The notes below the pieces were generated by a model that was given only the letters and a program-made list of their open reading frames with translations, was not told where the DNA came from and searched no databases. A stretch of 64,000 nt of DNA from Bryobacterales bacterium. GTDB taxonomy: Bacteria > Acidobacteriota > Terriglobia > Bryobacterales > UBA6623. The stretch covers positions 88,470-152,469 of the forward strand of contig JAPPLB010000069.1 of assembly GCA_028819575.1 (NCBI GenBank). Direction: 5' to 3'. A program made the translations under genes and the position numbers. Shown piece by piece: positions 50,322 to 59,437 of the stretch. Numbering within the stretch: position 1 is the stretch's first letter; each line of letters begins with the position of its first letter.

Positions 50322-51689
50322 ATGCGAAACGGAAAGCGTTTTGTCGCAGCGGTGAGCTTGGCTGTGTTCACTCTGACGACTCCACTTTGGGCGGATGAGG
50401 CGAAGACCGATCAGCCCAACGAAGAGAACGAAATCGAGTTTCTACGGCAGGAAGTCAAGGACTTGAATGAACGGTTGGCCCGTCTGGAAGGTTTGTTGAC
50501 CCAGATGGCTTCGAAGGCGGAAAGCGCGGGAAGCACCGTGACGGCGCACGCCCTGGCGCCGGGCGAAGCACGACTGATCAACGCCAATCTGCCGCCGGCA
50601 ACACCCGAGCCGGCGGCAACACCCGAGCCAGTTCCACAGGCCGCCTCGTTCGAGGCGCCCGAAGGCATCGCTTCGACAGGGGGGCAGCCGCTCACCATTA
50701 CGGGTATCCTGGACACCTACTACACGACTAACTTCAACAACCCCGCGGACGGCACCAACACCCTTTACTACACGAACCCGAACTCGCGCGGATTCGGGCT
50801 CAATCAAGCGAAGCTGGAGATCGAGGCCAAGGGCGAAGGCCCGATCGGTTTTCGATCGGACCTCTGGTTCGGTTCGGGCGCCCGCCTCTTCCGTGAGGGA
50901 CTGGAGCCCGGCCGGTTGGAAGACGTCATTTATCTTCAGCAAGCCTACGGTTATTACCAATGGGACAACGGCGCTCAGCTCGACGTGGGCCTGTTCGGAA
51001 CCATAGCGGGCCTGGAAGTGGCGGAGTCACATCTCAACTGGAACTACACCCGAGCCATTCTGTGGGCCTGGAACGAGCCCTTCTCGCATGTCGGGGCGAA
51101 GTACAGCGCACCGCTGAGCGACACGTTCACGGGAACCGTCATGCTGGTCAACGGTTTCGACAACGCCTGGGACCAGAACAGCGGCAAGTCCTACGGGGTG
51201 CAGGGTTCCTGGGCGCCCAACGACCGCTTCAACACCACACTCACCTGGATCCACGGCCCCGAGAACAATCTCACCAACGTGGGCTGGCTGAAGGACTTGA
51301 GCTGGAACTTCTACGCCGGCTTGCATGAGCAGTTCGAAATCATGGTGAACTTCGACGGCATCTGGAACGAAAACCCGGACGCCACGTCGCAGCGCTCATG
51401 GGGTATCGCCGGTTATGCGCGGTACAACCCGCACGACAAGTTCCGGATCGCCCAACGGTATGAATATTTCGACGACACCGAAGCGCGTTCCACCGGTGTC
51501 GAACAAATTCTCAGGGAGTACACACTGACGTTCGAGTACGCTCCCCAACCGCGCTTCATCACTCGGCTCGAGTTCCGGCGCGACTGGGCGACGACCGACT
51601 TCTTCTCCCACGGTCATTACGGAGCCTTCGTCAATGACCAGGACACGTTTACCCTCGGGATGATGTGGCTCTTCGGTCCTACCGAGTAA
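50322..51689 (+). CDS. outer-membrane beta-barrel porin (OmpL-like/BBP2-type) with N-terminal coiled coil
   Basis: 455 aa. Signal peptide VSLAVFTLTTPLWA, a heptad-like EIEFLRQEVKDLNERLARLEGLL, then alternating beta-strand patterns to the aromatic-rich C-terminus (TFTLGMMWLF). Confidence 0.65.
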   Translation: MRNGKRFVAAVSLAVFTLTTPLWADEAKTDQPNEENEIEFLRQEVKDLNERLARLEGLLTQMASKAESAGSTVTAHALAPGEARLINANLPPATPEPAATPEPVPQAASFEAPEGIASTGGQPLTITGILDTYYTTNFNNPADGTNTLYYTNPNSRGFGLNQAKLEIEAKGEGPIGFRSDLWFGSGARLFREGLEPGRLEDVIYLQQAYGYYQWDNGAQLDVGLFGTIAGLEVAESHLNWNYTRAILWAWNEPFSHVGAKYSAPLSDTFTGTVMLVNGFDNAWDQNSGKSYGVQGSWAPNDRFNTTLTWIHGPENNLTNVGWLKDLSWNFYAGLHEQFEIMVNFDGIWNENPDATSQRSWGIAGYARYNPHDKFRIAQRYEYFDDTEARSTGVEQILREYTLTFEYAPQPRFITRLEFRRDWATTDFFSHGHYGAFVNDQDTFTLGMMWLFGPTE

Positions 51690-51710
51690 GTCCCGCAGGA
51701 CAATCCTGAG

Positions 51711-51750
51711 ACAGGGCGGCCTTCGCAGGAGGAGGCCGCCCTGTTTCCTT
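51711..51750 (+). terminator. rho-independent terminator after the porin gene
   Basis: Perfect 10-bp stem cagggcggcc / ggccgccctg with a 12-nt loop, followed by tttccttc. It lies 22 nt after the stop codon. Confidence 0.6.
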
Positions 51751-51879
51751 CTCCGAAACATCTCCTCTCACGCGACGGCCCACGTGAGCAGTCCGCCGAC
51801 AGCCGGTGATGGACGAAGCGGCCGCCCCAAGCGCCGAAAGCCTCGGCTCGATGGAGGCTGCCGGGGAGGCTGCCGGTTA

Positions 51880-52058
51880 ACCTGCATTTCTCACCACCAG
51901 ACGGTCGAAGCACGCCATACGGCCGCCAGGACTTCGTTGCGCTTGCTTGCCGTGCTCAACGTACTGTTCAAGTACGCCTGCGCGCGCCAAGCGGCTCGCG
52001 CCTCGCCCTGACGGCCCTCTCACGCACTTCGCCTCGCCGCGTGGTGAGACATGCAGGT
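51880..52058 (+). mobile_element. repeat family Y, full copy B (179 bp)
   Basis: Same length as copy A and differs from it at ~6 positions by hand alignment. It is flanked by TA within TTAA on both sides (51877-80 and 52058-61). Confidence 0.75.
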
Positions 52059-52182
52059 TAAATATCGAACTGCTGCGCGCCATGCCGCCTCGCGCCAGAC
52101 TCCCGCTTGAATCCCTGAAATGGGTGGTGGATAATCCTAGCAAGCCTAGCAAGTTCAACTCAGGTATTTCCGTATATCCGGC

Positions 52183-55100
52183 ATGCGTATTCGTTCTCCA
52201 GGTTGGCAGATGGGACCGTGGGCAGCGAGCATCCTGCTCGCACTTAGCGGTCCCTTGCTTTACGCCCAAAACGGGGACGGAGTGGAGTTCTTCGAGAAGA
52301 AGATCCGGCCGTTACTGGTTGAAAACTGCTACGCCTGTCATAGCGAGACAACGATCGCTTCCGGCGGATTGAGACTGGACACGAAGGAGAGCGTGCTCAA
52401 GGGAGGCTCGCGCGGCACAGCGGTGGTCCCCGGCTCACCGCAGGCGAGCTTGATACTACGGGCCGTTCGGCATGAAGACGATGAACTGAAAATGCCGCCG
52501 ACCGGGAGACTGAGCGATTCGCAAATCGAAGACTTGCGGCGTTGGATCGAAGCAGGTGCGCCTGACCCCCGGACCGCCGGCACACGCCGAGAGGCGTCCG
52601 GCATCGATTGGGAGGAGGGCAAGAAGTTCTGGGCGTTTCAGCCCTTGAAGAACCCTGCCTCCCCGGGGGTGCGGGATGAGAGCTGGCCGCGGACGCTCAT
52701 CGATCCATTCGTACTGGCCAAACTCGAGGCGCAGTCACTATCGCCGGCTTCGCGGGCCCACAAGCAGGTTTGGCTGCGGCGAGCGACGTTCGACTTGACG
52801 GGCCTGCCGCCAACGCCGCGCGAGATCAGGAACTTCACTGCCGACGATTCATCGGCGGCGTATCGGACCGTCGTGGAACGGCTGCTCGCCTCCCCGCACT
52901 ACGGCGAGAAATGGGCTCGCCACTGGCTGGACCTGGTGCGGTTCGGCGAGACGATGGGACACGAGTTCGATCCCGACAAGCCGGATGCGTGGCGCTACCG
53001 CGACTATGTGATCCGCGCTTTCAATCAGGACCTTCCTTATGACGAGTTTGTCCGGGAACACATCGCAGGTGATCTGCTGGCCCGCCAGCGGCTGGTTACC
53101 GACGGAGAGCATTGGGATTCGCCGCTCGGCACCGGGTTCTATTGGCTCGGAGAAGAGCGCAATGCGGCCGACGACGTGGGACAAGTGCGAGCGAACCGCA
53201 TTGACAACCAGATCGATGTCTACGGGAAGACCTTTCTGGGGCTGACGCTCGGCTGCGCGCGTTGTCATGACCACAAGTTCGATCCCATTTCGATGCACGA
53301 CTATTACGCCCTGGCAGGCGTGATGGAAAGCACGCAGGCCGTTCAACAGAGCCTCGACTCACCGGCGGTCGTCCGGCGGATGAGAGAGATCGCCGAAGAG
53401 GTGGTCGAAGTCAATGGACAGATTGCCGCGATGATGCGAACGGCGCGCTTGGAGCGATTGCACGAGATCAAGGCGTACTTGCTGGCCGCGGCGTCGCTTT
53501 TCGGACTGGAGAACTCCTCCCGGCGATCAGCCGACGATGCTTCGAAACCGGATGCATTCGGGCTGGACCCGAAGATCGTGGAGCGCTGGGTTGAAGTCTT
53601 GCGACGCGCTGACGAGGAACCGGACAACGTCTTCCATCCGCTGGCGAAGCTTGCCACTCCGTTACCGCGCAGTCAGCAAGGGAAACCGTTCGAGGAGAGA
53701 GTCGCGGAGGTTCGGTCCGAGTTGGAGACCTGGGTTTCTAAGGCGGACCCAGGGCACGCCATCCACACGGAGCGTGGGGACGTCGTGTTCGCGGACTTCG
53801 AGGATGAGGATTTCACGAAATGGCGAGCATCAGGTCCGGCGTTCAACGATGGGCCGTCACGCTACCATGCCCCGAACCTGGCTCTCGGCGGGCATCAAGG
53901 GAACGGGCTCGCAAACTCGTTTGCGAGTGGTTCGGACGAGTGGGTCGGCACGCTGACTTCGCAGAGCTTCGCGATGACGAAGCCCTACCTGCACGTGCGG
54001 ATCGCGGGCAGCAAGCGGAGCACGAGCCGCGCCAAGCATGGACGACTGTACTTTGCTCTCGTGGCGAGCGGGCGGTTCCGGCCCATCACGGCCAACGATA
54101 CGGGCGCCTTCCACTGGAAGACGATCAACGTTACGCGAACGCCGGGACAGGTGTCGCATATCGAGATCGTCGATCGTGCCCGGGATGCCCATATCGTTGT
54201 CGACAAGATCGTCTTCTCCGACTCCAAGGAGCCTCCGCCGCTAGCCTCGGCGCCGAATCCTCGAATCTTGAAGATGCTTGGCGAAACGGAGATCGCTTCT
54301 CTGGAAAGCCTGGCAACCGCGTACCAGAAGTTACTGGGAGACGTCCTTGCGAACCCGCCTGCCGATAGCGGCGGCAAGTGGCTTCTCAGCACGGTCAGCC
54401 CCTCCGGCATGCTCGAAGAGCCGGACTTGCTCGTCGGAGAGAGCCAACGGTCGGCGTTCAAGAACCTTCAGGAAAAACGCGCCGCTTTGGGGGAAAGCAT
54501 TCCGGATTCGGCTTTCGGGCTGATCAACGGCGAAGACCGGCCTCACGATGCGGCCATCCACATCCGCGGCAGCCATACCGAGCTGGGAGATGAAGTGCCG
54601 CGGCGCTTCCTGCAGGTGTTCTCGGATAACGATCCGGGTTCGTTCACCAAGGGCAGCGGCCGGCTCGAGCTTGCCGAAGCCACGACCGGCGCCGCGCGGC
54701 ACCTGCTTGCGAGGGTAGCAGTCAACCGAATCTGGAAGCATTACTTCGGACGAGGGATCGTGGCGACGGTGGACAACTTCGGCAACACCGGCCGGCGACC
54801 GTCGCACGCGGAACTGCTCGACGCGCTGGCATGGCAGTTCATCGAGAGCGGATGGTCGATCAAGGCCGTACATCGATTGATCGTTTTGAGCAGCACCTAC
54901 CGGATGTCGAGCGAAGTCATTGCGCGGGCGGCGGAAGCAGACAGCGAGAACCTTTTGCTGCACCACATGCCCGTCCGGAGGCTCGAGGCGGAGTCGATCC
55001 GGGATGCGGTCCTCGCAGTGACCGGCACGTTGAACCGGACGCGGTACGGGCCGAGCATTACGCCCTTCATCAGCCCTTACCAGGACGGTCGCGGAAAGCC

Positions 55101-55524
55101 GCAGAGCGGCCCACTGGACGGAGCCCGCCGCCGGAGCATCTATGTCAAAGTGCAGCGGAATTTCATCAATCCCTTCTTCCTAGCGTTCGACTACCCCGTG
55201 CCGATGATGACACGCGGCCGGCGGACGGTCTCGACCGTCCCTTCGCAAGCGCTGATGTTGATGAACAATGAATTCGTGGCCCGGCAGACGGAGAAGTGGG
55301 CCGACCGGGAAATCGCCGCCAGCCCGGAATGGGACCAGAGGATCGAGTCGATGTTTCTGCGGGCCTTCGGACGGTCTGCAGAAACGAGCGAGATCGGAGA
55401 TTCCCGCGAGTTTGTCGAGAAGCAGCTTGCGCTGTATCGGAGCGCCGACCCCGACGATTATCGGGCCTGGGCGGACCTGGGACACGTGCTGATCAACGCG
55501 AAGGAGTTCATTTTTATTCGATAA
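52183..55524 (+). CDS. PSCyt1/DUF1549/DUF1553 (PSD1) family protein
   Basis: 1113 aa. FFEKKIRPLLVENCYACHS (CxxCH), LLASPHYGEKWARHWLDLVRFGET (DUF1549), CARCHDHKFDPISMHDYY and the C-terminal DUF1553 pattern (SQALMLMNNEF). ATG 52210 is an alternative start. Confidence 0.9.
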   Translation: MRIRSPGWQMGPWAASILLALSGPLLYAQNGDGVEFFEKKIRPLLVENCYACHSETTIASGGLRLDTKESVLKGGSRGTAVVPGSPQASLILRAVRHEDDELKMPPTGRLSDSQIEDLRRWIEAGAPDPRTAGTRREASGIDWEEGKKFWAFQPLKNPASPGVRDESWPRTLIDPFVLAKLEAQSLSPASRAHKQVWLRRATFDLTGLPPTPREIRNFTADDSSAAYRTVVERLLASPHYGEKWARHWLDLVRFGETMGHEFDPDKPDAWRYRDYVIRAFNQDLPYDEFVREHIAGDLLARQRLVTDGEHWDSPLGTGFYWLGEERNAADDVGQVRANRIDNQIDVYGKTFLGLTLGCARCHDHKFDPISMHDYYALAGVMESTQAVQQSLDSPAVVRRMREIAEEVVEVNGQIAAMMRTARLERLHEIKAYLLAAASLFGLENSSRRSADDASKPDAFGLDPKIVERWVEVLRRADEEPDNVFHPLAKLATPLPRSQQGKPFEERVAEVRSELETWVSKADPGHAIHTERGDVVFADFEDEDFTKWRASGPAFNDGPSRYHAPNLALGGHQGNGLANSFASGSDEWVGTLTSQSFAMTKPYLHVRIAGSKRSTSRAKHGRLYFALVASGRFRPITANDTGAFHWKTINVTRTPGQVSHIEIVDRARDAHIVVDKIVFSDSKEPPPLASAPNPRILKMLGETEIASLESLATAYQKLLGDVLANPPADSGGKWLLSTVSPSGMLEEPDLLVGESQRSAFKNLQEKRAALGESIPDSAFGLINGEDRPHDAAIHIRGSHTELGDEVPRRFLQVFSDNDPGSFTKGSGRLELAEATTGAARHLLARVAVNRIWKHYFGRGIVATVDNFGNTGRRPSHAELLDALAWQFIESGWSIKAVHRLIVLSSTYRMSSEVIARAAEADSENLLLHHMPVRRLEAESIRDAVLAVTGTLNRTRYGPSITPFISPYQDGRGKPQSGPLDGARRRSIYVKVQRNFINPFFLAFDYPVPMMTRGRRTVSTVPSQALMLMNNEFVARQTEKWADREIAASPEWDQRIESMFLRAFGRSAETSEIGDSREFVEKQLALYRSADPDDYRAWADLGHVLINAKEFIFIR

Positions 55525-55525
55525 A

Positions 55526-55601
55526 TTTTTTCTTCGCTGCCAAGGTTCACATTCGAGTCAAGTTGACGCGGCGATCCGTTGTCCTGCTTGCCGGTTTGAG
55601 G
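55526..55601 (+). repeat. repeat family Z, copy Z1
   Basis: aaggttcacattcgagtcaagttgacgcggcgatccgttgtcctgcttgccggtttgagg (55542-55601) matches 58134-58193 with 4 mismatches in 60 nt. A T-run leader is also shared. Confidence 0.7.
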
Positions 55602-55680
55602 GTTTTTTTCGGTAGCCTGCATTTCAAAACAGGAGTACGATAGGAACGAAAGTCCAAAGGCCGCACCACTCGAGAGAAAC

Positions 55681-57111
55681 ATGGGAACTCTGAACAAGGG
55701 GATGGGACTCACCCGCCGCGACATGCTCTTCCGATCCGCCAACGGATTCGGGGCTCTGGCGCTGGCCGCCATGCTCGCCGAAGACGCCGCCGCGACGGAC
55801 CGCTCGCTGGACCCGTTGCTCGTGCGGACCCCTCATTTCGCGCCGAAGGCGAAGTCGGTCATCTTTCTCTTCATGGACGGCGGGCCGTCGCACGTGGACA
55901 CGTTCGACCCGAAGCCCCGGTTGCGAGAAGAGAACGGCAAGCCGCTGCCCCTCAAGCTGCCGCGTACCGCGAATGCCTCGAACACGACGCTGCTGGGCTC
56001 GTTCTGGGACTTCAACAAGAACGGCCAATGCGGGATGGAGATCAGCGAGCTCTTCCCCAACCTTGCCGGCTGCGCTGACGATCTGTGCGTGATCCGCTCG
56101 ATGGTTTCTGATTTTTCCGAGCACACAGCCGGCAATTACTTCATGCACAGCGGGTCCGCATTGCAGGGCCGTCCGAGTCTGGGCGCCTGGGTAACCTATG
56201 GACTCGGCAGTCCCAGCAAGAACCTGCCGGGATTCATCGTGCTCGACAGCGGCATGATCCCGCCGGGCGGGCTCGACGTGTTCAGCTCGGGGTTTCTGCC
56301 GGCAAGCTATCAAGGCACGCTATTCCGCAAAGGCAAGCATCCGGTCGCGGATATCGCCCCTCGTGAGACGAACCCGGAACTGCAGAGGAACAAGCTGGGG
56401 CTGCTTTCGAAACTCGACCAGAGAGCGCGCCAACGCTACGGCGCGGTCGACGAGCTGGAAGCGGCCATCCACAACTACGAGTTGGCGTTCAAGATGCAGT
56501 CGGAAGTCCCGGACCTTGTGGACTTCTCGAACGAGACCCAAGCTACCCGCAGGATGTACGGTCTCGACGAGCCGGACACCGGGGAATTCGGACGGCAGTG
56601 CCTCATCGCGCGGCGGCTTGTGGAGCGGGGAGTCCGCTTTATCGAGTTGCTGTCGCCCAAGCGGCAGGGTGTTGACCGCTGGGATCAGCACGGCCGCATC
56701 AAACACGGGCTCGCCACGAACTGCAAAGCGACGGACCGGCCGATAGCCGGCCTGATCAAAGATTTGAAGTCGCGCGGCCTGCTCGACGAAACGCTACTCG
56801 TATGGGGAGGCGAGTTCGGCCGCACGCCAACCTCGCAGGGCAGGGGCTACGCCAACGTGGGCCGCGACCATCACCCCTGGGGCTTCACGATGTGGATGGC
56901 CGGCGGCGGTGCAAAGGGCGGGTACATCCACGGCGCGACCGACGAGTACGGGTACTACGCGGTCGAAGACAAAGTGCATGTCCACGACTTGCACGCCACG
57001 ATCCTGCATCTGCTCGGGATTGATCACGAACGGCTGACGTTCCACTTCAGCGGCCGCGACATGCGGCTGACGGACGTGCACGGCAACGTGGTGGAAGCAC
57101 TCATCGCTTGA
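55681..57111 (+). CDS. DUF1501 (sulfatase-like) protein with TAT signal
   Basis: 476 aa. LTRRDMLFRSANGFGALALAA is a twin-arginine signal. VIFLFMDGGPSHVDTFDPKP and GGEFGRTP are typical DUF1501 motifs. This is the usual partner of DUF1553 genes. Confidence 0.9.
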   Translation: MGTLNKGMGLTRRDMLFRSANGFGALALAAMLAEDAAATDRSLDPLLVRTPHFAPKAKSVIFLFMDGGPSHVDTFDPKPRLREENGKPLPLKLPRTANASNTTLLGSFWDFNKNGQCGMEISELFPNLAGCADDLCVIRSMVSDFSEHTAGNYFMHSGSALQGRPSLGAWVTYGLGSPSKNLPGFIVLDSGMIPPGGLDVFSSGFLPASYQGTLFRKGKHPVADIAPRETNPELQRNKLGLLSKLDQRARQRYGAVDELEAAIHNYELAFKMQSEVPDLVDFSNETQATRRMYGLDEPDTGEFGRQCLIARRLVERGVRFIELLSPKRQGVDRWDQHGRIKHGLATNCKATDRPIAGLIKDLKSRGLLDETLLVWGGEFGRTPTSQGRGYANVGRDHHPWGFTMWMAGGGAKGGYIHGATDEYGYYAVEDKVHVHDLHATILHLLGIDHERLTFHFSGRDMRLTDVHGNVVEALIA

Positions 57112-57129
57112 AGAAGAGGCGTTCCCGGG

Positions 57130-58089
57130 TCAGTCATCGATCACGACACCCCAGGGGCGACCGCCCACGGGGATTTTCCGGACCTCCTCCAGCTTTTCGG
57201 TATCGACCACGGAGACGTTGTTGTCCAAGCCGTTCGCGGAAAAGAGGCGCTTGCCGTCACGCGACAGCGCAATGCCCCAAACACGCCGCCCCACTGGAAT
57301 GACTTTTTGGATTTCCAACGTAGACGGATCGAGCGTCACGATCGAATTGCCGCGCCCGGTCGACACGTAAAGCGTCTTCTCGTCGTGGCTCAGCAGGATG
57401 CCCTTCGGCTTGACGCGTCTGATCTCACGCCGCATCCGCAGGTTGTCGACGACCTTGCGTTGTTCCACATCCAGCTTCACCACCTCGCCACCGACCTCAC
57501 AGGTCACATACGCTGTCTTGCCGTCACTCGTGAACGTCACTTCGCGGGGCCGAGCGGCGACGAGAATGTTGTCAACGACTTCGTGCCCGGGAACGGAGAT
57601 CATGTGGACCATGTTGGTCGATTCGCTTGTGACGACAACCAGCTTCCCGTCCGGAGACACCTGCACTCCTTCCGGCTCGATGCCCACCGGTATCTCGGCG
57701 AGAATCTCGCCGGTGGCCGGATTGAGGGCCGTCGCCAGGGCGTCGTCTTCGTTGGAAAGGTAGATCGTTCCGTTCGGGTGAACGGCAAACGCTTCCGGGT
57801 CGGAGCCCGCCGGTATCGTATTCACCAGCTCGAGTGACCGCGTATCGACGACCCCGATGGCGTTGTCATTCCCCAACGCGACGTAGACCAGCCTGCGGTC
57901 CGGCGAGAAGCCGATACAGCGCGGCCGACTGCCCACCTCGACGGTCTTCACGACCTCCAGCGAGCGGCTGTCGATCACCGTGACCGTACCGTCCGCCTCA
58001 TTGGTGACGAAGAGCCGGTGCGTCACGTCATCCGGCGCCGTGCAAGCGGTCAGAAACACCAAAAGGCTCAAAAGCAGAAAACATCTCAT
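57130..58089 (-). CDS. YVTN-type beta-propeller lipoprotein (resembles the PQQ-dependent catabolism-associated propeller)
   Basis: 319 aa with lipobox LLVFLTACTAP. Repeats include LFVTNEADGTVTVIDSRS, VGSRPRCIGFSPD, SNEDDALATALN, PVGIEPEGVQVSPDG and TSESTNMVHMI. Confidence 0.7.
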   Translation of the reverse strand: MRCFLLLSLLVFLTACTAPDDVTHRLFVTNEADGTVTVIDSRSLEVVKTVEVGSRPRCIGFSPDRRLVYVALGNDNAIGVVDTRSLELVNTIPAGSDPEAFAVHPNGTIYLSNEDDALATALNPATGEILAEIPVGIEPEGVQVSPDGKLVVVTSESTNMVHMISVPGHEVVDNILVAARPREVTFTSDGKTAYVTCEVGGEVVKLDVEQRKVVDNLRMRREIRRVKPKGILLSHDEKTLYVSTGRGNSIVTLDPSTLEIQKVIPVGRRVWGIALSRDGKRLFSANGLDNNVSVVDTEKLEEVRKIPVGGRPWGVVIDD

Positions 58090-58115
58090 GATGATGAAGC
58101 TCCTGGCGGGTTCAG

Positions 58116-58193
58116 TTTTTTTATTCCTGGGCTAAGGTTCACGTTTGAGTCAAGTTCACGCGGCGATCCGTTGTCCTGCTTGCCGGTCTGAGG
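58116..58193 (+). repeat. repeat family Z, copy Z2
   Basis: See Z1. It is in the same orientation and lies immediately upstream (in antisense sense) of the YVTN gene start. Confidence 0.7.
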
Positions 58194-58202
58194 CGGAGCC
58201 TC

Positions 58203-58347
58203 GCTAGCCCGCGGCAGAAGGCCCCGCCGCATTCGAGCGGCGATGCATCCCGGCCAAACTGCGTTGCTCCCCGGTCGAATATGTCCAATATGCTCCTTGG
58301 CCGCGCCTTGCCGGCCCGGCGCCGCGCGGGGTTGCAGCAAGGGCTGC
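58203..58347 (+). repeat. possible short or degenerate X-family element (X3)
   Basis: The left end gctagcccgcggcagaaggcc resembles the X1 left end gcagcccgcggcaaaagcc. The right end caagggctgc|ta resembles the X2 right end cacgggctgc. The right end abuts the TAG stop of the minus-strand gene at 58347-49, mirroring the TAG-cagccc junction of X2. Confidence 0.3.
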
Positions 58348-59138
58348 TAGGGACAGGCCGCAAGTCCCAGCGTATCGAGATCGTCCGGATCGGCCACGCC
58401 GCGCACGGGCGCTTCCGCAACGAGTTTACCGTCCTCGACAATCAGTAACGGCTGGCGCAACTGGCCGGTGTCGCGGAAGGAATGCGGCGCGCCTTTCTGT
58501 CCGTCGAACTCGAGTTCTTCCCGCAGATAGCGCGCAATCGCGATGGGGTCCGTCGTCTGACCCCGCGTGACGGCCTCCGTAATCGTCTTCACCGCCGCCC
58601 ACGCCGCCCAGGCTTCGTCGTCCATTGCTTCGCCGTGGGTCTTGCGGTAACGGTTGTTGAGATCACGCGCAGCGAACTTCACGAAGTCCGGATGCCATGC
58701 CCGCACGTGGTTGTTCTGCGACTCGGAATTCCGACGCCACTGCGCCAGGGCGTCAGCCCGCATGCGGTCACTGGGAATCGTATGGAACAGATTGGCGCGG
58801 CAGCGCTTTCTCAGCGAGTCGCTGCCATCAGTCACATTGACCACGGCGCCATCGACGCGATCGGAGATCCCGGCCGCTGCCGGCCCGCCGGCAGCTACGA
58901 TCACCGCGGCGGCGCCCTTGGGAACCGCGGAGGCAGAGCTCCTTTTCAGTTCGTAGCCCTGGCCGGTGAATCGTCCGAGGATGTTGGCTTCGATGATTCC
59001 CTGCTCGGCGCCTTTCCAGGCCGGGCCCGCTTCCGCACCCACGAACAAAATCGTGACCTTCTCGGCCGCCGTGGAAGATCCAGCGAGCGCCAGCAACAGG
59101 GCGCCACAAGTGATCCAGGCAGGTATGCTACGGTGCAC
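58347..59138 (-). CDS. periplasmic substrate-binding-protein-like protein (type I PBP; resembles the PQQ-dehydrogenase-system SBP)
   Basis: 263 aa with a signal peptide ending STAAEK. KGAEQGIIEANILGRFTGQGYEL recalls the GRF(L/T)GQ segment of that SBP family as I remember it. It is shorter than typical members. Confidence 0.4.
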   Translation of the reverse strand: MHRSIPAWITCGALLLALAGSSTAAEKVTILFVGAEAGPAWKGAEQGIIEANILGRFTGQGYELKRSSASAVPKGAAAVIVAAGGPAAAGISDRVDGAVVNVTDGSDSLRKRCRANLFHTIPSDRMRADALAQWRRNSESQNNHVRAWHPDFVKFAARDLNNRYRKTHGEAMDDEAWAAWAAVKTITEAVTRGQTTDPIAIARYLREELEFDGQKGAPHSFRDTGQLRQPLLIVEDGKLVAEAPVRGVADPDDLDTLGLAACP

Positions 59139-59220
59139 ACGTCGATTCTAACTCATACGTCGAGCCCCATTTGATCGAAGGAGGAATCATAGAGGCTTCC
59201 GCCGAGCGGCTGTCGTGCAA

Positions 59221-59261
59221 GCCTGCATATCTCGCCGCCCGACGGCCGCAACACGACATTC
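59221..59261 (+). mobile_element. repeat family Y, diverged left-end fragment E
   Basis: gcctgcatatctcgccgcccgacggccgcaacacgacattc compared with the Y left end gcctgcatttctcaccacccgacggtcgaagcacgccatac gives ~33 of 41 identical. Confidence 0.5.
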
Positions 59262-59437
59262 TTCGCCGACGAGTTTGCAACCGGCGTAGGATAGGAATCT
59301 GCGGTCCGTCTCATGCAAACCCGGACACGGCGGCAAGAAGAGTTTCTGACGCGGGTCGCCTTCCCGAAGACGCAAAGCTCTCTCCTGCCATGTCCGATGC
59401 ACGGAATACACCGCATACCCCGTGAAAGGAACTTCGC

